This document shows, one piece after another, positions 57,015-64,000 of a DNA stretch of 64,000 nt. The notes beneath the pieces were generated by a model. That model was not told where the DNA came from. It worked only from the letters and a program-made list of their open reading frames with translations, and did no database searches. A program made the translations under genes and the position numbers. This stretch comes from an uncultured Dehalococcoidaceae bacterium (GTDB taxonomy: Bacteria > Chloroflexota > Dehalococcoidia > Dehalococcoidales > RBG-16-60-22), in contig CAYXWH010000003.1 of assembly GCA_964468755.1 (NCBI GenBank), positions 8,421-72,420 of the forward strand, written 5' to 3'. Each line of letters starts with the position of its first letter. Position 1 is the first letter of the stretch.

Positions 57015-58064
57015 CTACAAAACCAGCATCGCATCGCCAAAGCTGTAAAAACGGTACCCCCGGTCTATTGCTCCCTGGTAAACCTGTCTGACTTGTTCCG
57101 TTCCGGCAAAGGCGCTGACCAGCATCAGCAGGGTTGACCTCGGTAAATGGAAGTTGGTAACCAGGGCATCAACCATGCGGAACCGGTAGCCGGGAAGGAT
57201 GAACAGGCTGGCCCAGCCCCGGAATGGCTTGAGGTCAAGCGGGTCACTGTTCATTGCCGCCTGTTCCACTATGCGCACCGCAGTGGTGCCCACGCAGATG
57301 ACTCTCCTTCCGTCCTGCTTCGCCTGCGATAACGCAGCGGCGGTCTCCGCACCTATTACCGCATACTCCTGATGGATAGCATGCTCCCTGGGGTCTTCCT
57401 CGCGGACCGGTTGAAACGTGTCCAGCCCGACATGCAGGGTAACAAACACACATCTCGCGCCTTTTCGCTTAACCGCGTCGAGTAACTCAGGGGTAAAATG
57501 CAGACCGGCAGTAGGCGCAGCGACACTCCCGGACTCGCGGGCATATACCGTCTGGTAACGCTCCGGCTGATGAAGCGGGGCATGAATATAAGGTGGTAGC
57601 GCTACCTTGCCCAGCGTGCTCAACAGGGTCTCGTCACCGAAATGAATAACCCTTATCCCGTCCAGACGCTGCTCGACAACCTCAGCCGATAGCTTCGCCT
57701 CGCCGGTAGTACCAACCGAATAAGAATCTACCACCTCAACCCTGGCACCGACACGCATACGCCGCCCCGGCTTGACCAGCGCTTCCCAGATATTGGCGTC
57801 GAGCCGGCGCAGCAGCAAAATCTCCACCCGGCCGCCGGTATCAATCTTCACCCCGGAAAGACGGGCCGGGATAACCCGGCTATCGTTAAACACCAGGACA
57901 TCGCCCTCTCTCAGGTATTCCGTAATCTCAAAGAAACGCCGATGCTCCGTGGCGCCATCCTGTCGATTGAGCACCAGGAGCCGCGAGTGGTCCCTGGGCT
58001 CCACCGGACTTTGTGCAATCATCTCCGACGGTAAAGAATAGTCAAAATCGCTGCTCTTCATCAA
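57015..58064 (-). CDS. queA: S-adenosylmethionine:tRNA ribosyltransferase-isomerase
   Basis: 349-aa ORF with FDYSLPSEMIAQSPVEPRDHSRLLVL, VAAPTAGLHFT, and a C-terminal YRFYSFGDAMLV. Confidence 0.93.
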   Translation of the reverse strand: MMKSSDFDYSLPSEMIAQSPVEPRDHSRLLVLNRQDGATEHRRFFEITEYLREGDVLVFNDSRVIPARLSGVKIDTGGRVEILLLRRLDANIWEALVKPGRRMRVGARVEVVDSYSVGTTGEAKLSAEVVEQRLDGIRVIHFGDETLLSTLGKVALPPYIHAPLHQPERYQTVYARESGSVAAPTAGLHFTPELLDAVKRKGARCVFVTLHVGLDTFQPVREEDPREHAIHQEYAVIGAETAAALSQAKQDGRRVICVGTTAVRIVEQAAMNSDPLDLKPFRGWASLFILPGYRFRMVDALVTNFHLPRSTLLMLVSAFAGTEQVRQVYQGAIDRGYRFYSFGDAMLVL

Positions 58065-58267
58065 TGCACCTGAAAATCACAGTATTGAAATCACAGTACT
58101 GGTAAAAAACCGGACACAATATTACTATACCGTCTCGTTTCAACAAAGGCAAAGAATTACCAGTCGTTATGATTTTGATAGTAAGTTGAACACTCATTGT
58201 CTTGAACCGGAACACTATCTATGCTAGTATAGATTTGGATATTTCCCTTTTTCTTTGTTGAGGTTAG

Positions 58268-58693
58268 ATGAGTCAAGATGCAGAGTGGGAGCCGAAGATT
58301 CTCGGCTTCCTGTGTCGGTGGTGCAGCTATGCTGGCGCCGATTTAGCCGGAACCAGCCGTAAAAAGTATCCACCAAACGTCAGAATCATCAAGATTCCCT
58401 GTTCAGGTAGAGTCGACCCGCTGCTAATTCTCAAGGCGTTGCGCATGGGTTTCGATGGCGTACTGGTATCCGGCTGTCACCCCGGCGACTGTCATTACCA
58501 GACGGGCAACTACCGCGCCCGGAGAAGAATCGCCATCACCAAGAAGTTCCTCGAATACATAGGTGTTGAACCCCAGCGTGTTCAGGCAAGCTGGGTATCC
58601 GCTTCCGAGGGAGACAAGTGGTCCCAGGTAGTGGCTGATGTCACCAGAGAAATAAAGGAAATCGGGCCCAATAATTTATTCGCTGATGAATGA
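58268..58693 (+). CDS. mvhD: MvhD/FlxD-like [2Fe-2S] protein
   Basis: 141-aa ORF with ILGFLCRWCSYAGADLAG...IKIPCSGRVD...VLVSGCHPGDCHY (MvhD/FlpD signature). Confidence 0.85.
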   Translation: MSQDAEWEPKILGFLCRWCSYAGADLAGTSRKKYPPNVRIIKIPCSGRVDPLLILKALRMGFDGVLVSGCHPGDCHYQTGNYRARRRIAITKKFLEYIGVEPQRVQASWVSASEGDKWSQVVADVTREIKEIGPNNLFADE

Positions 58694-59645
58694 CATAGAA
58701 TCAAAACTACGAACTGAAGCCAGGAATCTGCTGGAACAGGGTAAAGTTAATGCTATTATCGGCTTTGCCCCGGGAAGCTTGAAGTTTACCACCACCCCAC
58801 TGATAACCGGAGACAAAGAAGACACTGACCGCCTGGTAATCAACCCCTTTATTGCCAATAATCTCAGTGTTTTCCTTCATGAAATCGAGGGGCCGGTGGG
58901 TATCGTCGCCAAGGGGTGCGACGCCCGTTCTATCGTCAGCCTCATCCAGGATAATCAGCTGGCCAGAGAGGACGTGTTTATCCTGGGCATACCCTGTCCC
59001 GGGGTAATCGACCTGCGCAAGGTCGAGAAACTGGTTGGCAGGGACCGGGATGAAATTGATGATATCACCCGTGACAATGACCGGGTAACCGTAGCGGTCG
59101 GAGGAGAGAACAAAGAGTTCTCCATCACCGAAGTCCTTCGGGACGACTGTCTCAGCTGCGAATCGCCGGCACCAAAGGAGTATGACCTGCTTCTGGGCGA
59201 GGATAATGTGGTGGTCGGTGACCGTGAATTGAGCCGGAGCCACATCCGGGAGCTGGAATCGCTGCCACCCGCCGAACGTTGGGAGTTCTGGAAGAACGAG
59301 TTCAGCCGCTGTATTCGCTGTTACGCCTGCCGTCAGGTGTGCCCGGCATGCTTCTGTGAGCGTTGCTTCGTGGAAGAGTCCGAGCCGCAGTGGATATCTC
59401 CACTACCACGCTGGCAGGACAACCTCGTCTTCCAAGCAACCCGGGTTATCCATGTTGCCGGCAGGTGTGTCGACTGCGGTGAATGTGAGCGTGCCTGTCC
59501 GGTCAATATTCCCCTGCGCAGCCTTACCGGGAAGATGGACGAGATAGTTGAAGAACTCTTCGGCTATAAAGCGGGGACTGATAAAGATGCCCCGCCACTC
59601 ATGACCGCCTATGTACCGGAGGAAGCGGAAGATTTTATCCGGTGA
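58686..59645 (+). CDS. iron-sulfur protein with 2x[4Fe-4S] (FlxB/C- or HydB-like)
   Basis: 319-aa ORF with GIVAKGCDARSIV, CIRCYACRQVCPACFCERC and CVDCGECERACP. 8-nt overlap with mvhD. Confidence 0.65.
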   Translation: MNDIESKLRTEARNLLEQGKVNAIIGFAPGSLKFTTTPLITGDKEDTDRLVINPFIANNLSVFLHEIEGPVGIVAKGCDARSIVSLIQDNQLAREDVFILGIPCPGVIDLRKVEKLVGRDRDEIDDITRDNDRVTVAVGGENKEFSITEVLRDDCLSCESPAPKEYDLLLGEDNVVVGDRELSRSHIRELESLPPAERWEFWKNEFSRCIRCYACRQVCPACFCERCFVEESEPQWISPLPRWQDNLVFQATRVIHVAGRCVDCGECERACPVNIPLRSLTGKMDEIVEELFGYKAGTDKDAPPLMTAYVPEEAEDFIR

Positions 59646-59649
59646 TAAC

Positions 59650-60672
59650 ATGAAGAAGATAAAAAAGAAAGATATAGGTAAGCTGCTCAGCAAATGGCAG
59701 GCGGACTTCACTGTCTTTACTCCGTCAAGAGCCACCGGAGTAGCCAGAATGGAGGAATGGGACGGCAAGGATACAGACTTCCTCACCTGGTACCGGAATA
59801 CCGTTATCCCACCCAAGAACAATATCCTGCCCAACATGGAGGCAATGTTCCGCTTTCAGAAAGACGAGGCGGGTTACCAACTGGAGCCGGTTACTCCCGA
59901 GCAGAAGCAGATCATCTTTGGTATCCGCCCCTGCGATGCCCGGGCGCTGACTATAATTGACATGGTCTTCAAGGATACCTACGAAGACCGTTACTACCTC
60001 ACCCGAAGGCAGAACACCGTGCTCGTCGGGCTGGGCTGCACCAACCCGTACGAAAGCTGTTTCTGCACATCGCTGGGCATCCACCCGGCACAGTCGGCGG
60101 ATGTTGACCTCATGCTGACCGACATAGGGAATGAGCTCCTGATTGAAGAGATTACCGATAAGGGTAAAGAGTTGCTCGGCAAGTCGAGTGGCCTCACCGA
60201 TGCATCTTCAAACGATGAGGACAGCGCCAAGCAGTCCAGGGAGACAGCCTACCAGAAAGTAACCAGAAAGCTGGACACCACCGGCATTGCCGATAAATTG
60301 CAGGCTTCATTTGAAGATAAGGACTTCTGGGAGAAGGTAGCCGCCAAGTGCATCACCTGCGGTATCTGCACCTTCCTCTGTCCCACCTGCTACTGTTTCG
60401 ACATTAATGATGAGATTAGCAAAGGAAGTGGAGCCAGGTTCCGAAACTGGGATAGCTGTAGTTTCTCGCTTTACACCAAAATGCCGGCGGAAAACCCCAG
60501 GGAGGAAAAGTGGCAGCGGGTGCGGCAAAAGGTCTGCCACAAGTACGAGTTCTACCCGCGCCTCTTCGACACAATCGCCTGCACCGGCTGCGGCCGCTGT
60601 ATCCGCTTCTGCCCGGTAAACTGGGATATTACGCAAACACTGGAGAGCGTGCCGGAACATTCAGCCGTATAA
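59650..60672 (+). CDS. AsrA/HydB-like iron-sulfur protein
   Basis: ATG at 59650, 4 nt after the upstream stop. Motifs: FGIRPCDARAL, GCTNPYESCFCTSLG, CITCGICTFLCPTCYCFD and CTGCGRCIRFCP. Confidence 0.7.
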   Translation: MKKIKKKDIGKLLSKWQADFTVFTPSRATGVARMEEWDGKDTDFLTWYRNTVIPPKNNILPNMEAMFRFQKDEAGYQLEPVTPEQKQIIFGIRPCDARALTIIDMVFKDTYEDRYYLTRRQNTVLVGLGCTNPYESCFCTSLGIHPAQSADVDLMLTDIGNELLIEEITDKGKELLGKSSGLTDASSNDEDSAKQSRETAYQKVTRKLDTTGIADKLQASFEDKDFWEKVAAKCITCGICTFLCPTCYCFDINDEISKGSGARFRNWDSCSFSLYTKMPAENPREEKWQRVRQKVCHKYEFYPRLFDTIACTGCGRCIRFCPVNWDITQTLESVPEHSAV

Positions 60673-60685
60673 ATGGAGCAGAGCC

Positions 60686-61558
60686 ATGGCAATAACCGAC
60701 ATCAGCAATAGAAAAAAGTTCCCCGCCAACGGGAATGTGTATCTACCTAATATAGCCGTCATCGAGAAAATAATCGAGGAAACTGCCGACACCAGAACCT
60801 TCCATTTTAACTTCAAGGACGAGAAACTACGCGAGCAATTCACCTTTGAATCCGGCCAGTTCGGTGAGTACTCGGTTTTCGGTGTCGGTGAAGCTACCTT
60901 CTGCATTTCCTCCAGTCCCACCCGGCGCGACCACCTGGAGTGCTGCGTGAAGCGGGTAGGCAGGGTCACCAACGCCCTGCACCGCCTCGGGGTCGGGGCA
61001 GAGATTGGAGTCCGGGGACCGTATGGCAACAGCTTCCCGCTGGACTACCTCAAGGGAAAGAACCTGGTCTTTGTCGCCGGCGGTATCGGGCTGGCGCCGC
61101 TGCGCTCGCTCATCTGGAACGTGCTGGACAACCGGAATGACTACGGAAACATAGACATTATCTACGGTGCCCGCACCCCGGGCGACCTCTGCTTCACCTA
61201 TGACCTTGACGCCTGGGAGAAGGATAGTTCAGTAAAAATGACCACCACCATTGACCGCGAGCATGAGGGGTGGAGCGGACGGGTAGGCTTTGTGCCTCAG
61301 GTGCTGGAACAGGCGGCTCCTTCCGCCAAGAATGCGGCAGCCATCGTCTGCGGGCCCCCGGTCATGATACGCTTTACATTCCCGGTACTGGAGAAGCTCG
61401 GCTTTACCCCGGAGCAGATGATAACCACCCTGGAAAAGAGAATGAAATGCGGCATCGGCAAGTGCGGTCGCTGCAATATCGGCGATCTTTACGTATGCCG
61501 CGATGGCCCGGTTTTCAGCTTTGCTCAGATTAAGGACTTCATCTCCAGCGAGTATTAA
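60686..61558 (+). CDS. FAD/NAD(P)-binding oxidoreductase with C-terminal [2Fe-2S] (HydG/AsrB/PyrK/FlxA-like)
   Basis: 290-aa ORF. It has an FNR-like fold (GQFGEYSVFGVGEATFCISS; FVAGGIGLAPLRSL) and the C-terminal motif CGIGKCGRCNIG. Confidence 0.8.
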   Translation: MAITDISNRKKFPANGNVYLPNIAVIEKIIEETADTRTFHFNFKDEKLREQFTFESGQFGEYSVFGVGEATFCISSSPTRRDHLECCVKRVGRVTNALHRLGVGAEIGVRGPYGNSFPLDYLKGKNLVFVAGGIGLAPLRSLIWNVLDNRNDYGNIDIIYGARTPGDLCFTYDLDAWEKDSSVKMTTTIDREHEGWSGRVGFVPQVLEQAAPSAKNAAAIVCGPPVMIRFTFPVLEKLGFTPEQMITTLEKRMKCGIGKCGRCNIGDLYVCRDGPVFSFAQIKDFISSEY

Positions 61559-61587
61559 TCCTTCGCTGTCGATACATAACACCCGGT

Positions 61588-62469
61588 CTACGATGAAATA
61601 CCGGCGGCGTCCAGTATCTGCGGTACCCTTTTCTCCCAGCCGATAGCCATAATATGCACCCCCTGGCAGAGGTCCTTCAAGTCCTTAATCAGGTTCGCCG
61701 CGATTTCTATGCCGGTTGCCGCCCGGTCTTCCGCCTCAGCCATCCTGGCTATCAGCTCTTCCGGCACGAAGACACCGGAGACATTCTTGTTCATAAACCG
61801 CGCCATACCGGCTGACTTGAGCGGGATTACCCCTGCCAGAACCGACACGCCCAGTCCCTCCACCCGCTTCATGAATCGGGCAAAGTGGTCGACATCATAG
61901 ACCGCCTGCGTCTGGAAGAACCTCGCCCCGGCTTTAATCTTCTTCTCCATCTTCACCAGCTGCAGCTCCATGGCAGCTTCGGTGTCCGACTCAACTTTTA
62001 CCACGGCTCCGGGGAAGAAATCCGGCTTGCCCTTTAGTTCATTGCCAACGATGTCATATCCGGCATTCAACCGGCTTATCGTCCACAGGAGCTGTACCGA
62101 GTCCAGATCAAAGACCGGCTTTGCCTGGGGATGGTCACCCAGCGCGGGCAGGTCCCCGGTAATAGCCAGCACGTTCTTGATACCCATAACCCAGGCACCC
62201 AGCAAATCTGACTGCAAGGCTATGCGGTTCCTGTCCCGGCAGGTCATCTGAAAGATAGGCTCCAGCCCTCTCTCCGCCAGCAAATGGGCAACAGTAAGTG
62301 AACCCAGTCTCATCACCGAGCTTTGCTGGTCAGTGACGTTAGCCGCAGTCACTTTGCCTTTAAGAATCTCCGCCACTTCCTCAATCTCGGTGGTATCGGT
62401 TCCCTTCAGGGGGCCCACCTCAGCGGTAATGACAAATTTCCCGGCTTCCAGTTCTGATTGCAAGCTCAC
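61588..62469 (-). CDS. metF: methylenetetrahydrofolate reductase
   Basis: 293-aa ORF with a MetF TIM-barrel pattern (FVITAEVGPLKGTD...NVLAITGD...FFQTQAVYD). 4-nt overlap with metV. Confidence 0.9.
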   Translation of the reverse strand: MSLQSELEAGKFVITAEVGPLKGTDTTEIEEVAEILKGKVTAANVTDQQSSVMRLGSLTVAHLLAERGLEPIFQMTCRDRNRIALQSDLLGAWVMGIKNVLAITGDLPALGDHPQAKPVFDLDSVQLLWTISRLNAGYDIVGNELKGKPDFFPGAVVKVESDTEAAMELQLVKMEKKIKAGARFFQTQAVYDVDHFARFMKRVEGLGVSVLAGVIPLKSAGMARFMNKNVSGVFVPEELIARMAEAEDRAATGIEIAANLIKDLKDLCQGVHIMAIGWEKRVPQILDAAGISS

Positions 62470-63155
62470 TTTACTTTCTCCTCCTGGTCATATTGCTCCA
62501 GTGCATAGCGTGAGGTGGATAGCAGCGCCGGTTTCGCCATTAACTTACTGTTATCCAGGGGTTCAATAAATACCCTGAGCTTGTCAAGCTGTCCTTTGGC
62601 TTTCAGTCGTTGATAGATCAGCTCCCATCCACAGTCCCGCTTGGGGTCAAGCTCACATTTCCCGTTGGACGCTCCGCCACAGGCACCACTCACCAGGCCC
62701 TTGGTGCACGCCGTGAGCGGGCATATGCCCCCGGTATAGTCGAGGAGGCACTGACCGCATTCCTGGCACCGTTCACTGCCCTGCCATTCCCCCCGGCTCC
62801 CGCCCAGGTTAATGGTATTGCAGGCCGGATGGCAGACCTTGTTTACCGAGGCGGCAACCGCCTGAACACCAACACCACAGGTCATAATCAGAATAGAGTC
62901 GGCAGCGGCAACCTCGTCAATCCTGCCCCTGAGCCCCGACTTTACCAGAGCCTTCTCACAGAGAAAATCGATGACCTTGGTACCGGTGACGTTTTTTCCG
63001 GCTTCTTCCAGCTTCTGCTTCATCTCGGCAACCTGCTGCGGACCGCCGCTGCCTGACGACTGGGCGCAGCCATTGCAGCCCAGGATAAAAACGTTCTTTT
63101 CCCCCTCTAAATAACCCAGTATCTCGTCAAATGGTTTTTGCTCCGAAAGAATCAT
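62466..63155 (-). CDS. metV: MTHFR small Cys-rich subunit (MetV; MTHFR C-terminal-domain protein)
   Basis: 229-aa ORF with MILSEQKPFDEILGYL, GCNGCAQ, and CGQCLLDYTGGICPLTACTKGLVSGACGG...GKCE. Strong RBS AAGGAGGT. Confidence 0.8.
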   Translation of the reverse strand: MILSEQKPFDEILGYLEGEKNVFILGCNGCAQSSGSGGPQQVAEMKQKLEEAGKNVTGTKVIDFLCEKALVKSGLRGRIDEVAAADSILIMTCGVGVQAVAASVNKVCHPACNTINLGGSRGEWQGSERCQECGQCLLDYTGGICPLTACTKGLVSGACGGASNGKCELDPKRDCGWELIYQRLKAKGQLDKLRVFIEPLDNSKLMAKPALLSTSRYALEQYDQEEKVK

Positions 63156-63172
63156 GTTACCTCCTTATGCGG

Positions 63173-64000
63173 TTACACTACCCGGAACTTACCCAGGTCT
63201 CTCCCCCGGGGGGTAACCATATGAACAGCACAGGCAAGACAGGGGTCAAAGGAACGGATGATACGTACGATTTCAAAGGGGTTGCTCTCATCCTTTACCC
63301 CGGTACCTATTATCGCCTGCTCGATTGGCCCGTGGTTACCGCTGTCATCCATCGGCGATACATTCCAGGTGGTCGGTACCACGCACTGGTAATTGGCGAT
63401 CTTCTTGTCCTCTATCTCAATCCAGTGACCGAGGGCGCCACGAGCGGCTTCAGTCAGTCCCATACCCGTGGCCTGGTCGGGAATCTCATACTCAACGAAG
63501 GTCGGCTCTCCCGGCTTCAACGCCAGCAGCCACTGGTCCATAGTATCGGCGATAAACTTGGCGGACAGCGCCCGTGCCAGATGGCGCCCCATTACCGAGA
63601 ACAATGCTGACGGGGATGCCTTGAGCTGATTGAGAGCACCGTTAACCAGTTCAGTCATTCCGGCATCACCGCGGGCATAGGTAACCGCCACCCTGGCCAG
63701 CGGGCCCACCTCATAGACTTTGCCATCATAGCGAGGCGCTTTTACCCACGAATAAGCGCCGTCCTTGCCATACCTCGGGGTCGTCTCTCCCTGAGCGGGA
63801 TGCCTGCCGGTGGTGGCATCTTCATACCAGGAATACCTGACATACTCGGCTATCTTATCCGTATCCAGGTCACCCGTTTTAAGGTCGCTGGACAGGGTAC
63901 CCTGCTGGAACAAGCGATTCCGCCGGGTATAATCCGGATTATCGCCCACAAGGTCAAAACCGCCATACGACAGCAGGTTCCGACAGCCCACCCCGATTTC
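63173..64000 (-). CDS. [NiFe]-hydrogenase large subunit, C-terminal part (gene continues beyond window end)
   Basis: The frame is open to position 64000. YSWVKAPRYDGKVYEVGPLARV is present, and the C-terminal Ni-binding motif DPCLACAVH is followed by a 15-aa extension (protease-cleaved tail). Confidence 0.88.
   Translation of the reverse strand, partial: EIGVGCRNLLSYGGFDLVGDNPDYTRRNRLFQQGTLSSDLKTGDLDTDKIAEYVRYSWYEDATTGRHPAQGETTPRYGKDGAYSWVKAPRYDGKVYEVGPLARVAVTYARGDAGMTELVNGALNQLKASPSALFSVMGRHLARALSAKFIADTMDQWLLALKPGEPTFVEYEIPDQATGMGLTEAARGALGHWIEIEDKKIANYQCVVPTTWNVSPMDDSGNHGPIEQAIIGTGVKDESNPFEIVRIIRSFDPCLACAVHMVTPRGRDLGKFRVV

Overview
Gene-dense 64-kb bacterial window with about 60 genes. I found no rRNA, tRNA, CRISPR array, transposase or integrase by eye. 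The gene content indicates a strict anaerobe that uses the Wood-Ljungdahl (WL) pathway; taxonomy cannot be fixed without a database search.

Layout:
- 1-1390 (-): a PimA-like GT4 glycosyltransferase, cut by the window edge and absent from the ORF track, followed by ino1.
- 1926-6905 (-): the truB-rbfA-infB-ylxR-nusA operon, with a promoter-proximal terminator in the nusA leader.
- 7159-14012 (+): a tightly packed array of M20 amidohydrolase, a split three-gene BCR/HAD-family module, plsX, trxA, a small Cys protein and trxB.
- 14080-18049 (+): rplI, dnaB, a DnaD-like gene and an internally duplicated DnaC/DnaI-like loader.
- 18343-26593 (+): a membrane-anchored XRE-HTH protein, then a six-gene envelope cluster ending in a MoxR ATPase and a DUF58 protein.
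- 26599-32108 (-): glmM, two GlmU-like paralogs and glmS.
- 32355-35521 (-): an MFS transporter, thiC behind a TPP riboswitch, and a YkoF/MTH1187-like gene.
- 35815-56981 (+): a contiguous WL supercluster (cooC, fhs, acsV, cooC, folD, a small ORF, acsD, acsA, acsB, acsC, acsE, DUF3786, NuoE-like, NuoF-like, fdhA, MFS).
- 57015-58064 (-): queA.
- 58268-61558 (+): a Flx-like MvhD/FeS/FeS/FNR module.
- 61588-64000 (-): a [NiFe]-hydrogenase large subunit followed by metV and metF.

Main points for follow-up:
- fdhA is one selenoprotein gene. The ORF track splits it at an in-frame TGA that is followed by a SECIS-like hairpin.
- The split BCR/HAD triad next to plsX is a candidate ether-lipid reductase.
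- The MoxR/DUF58/DUF4129/DUF4350 envelope operon has paired palindromic operator-like sites and an adjacent double-anchored HTH sensor.
- The helicase loader carries two tandem AAA+ modules.
- metVF sits directly behind a hydrogenase large subunit and faces the Flx-like module.

All family assignments rest on motif recognition by eye. No searches or computations were run.
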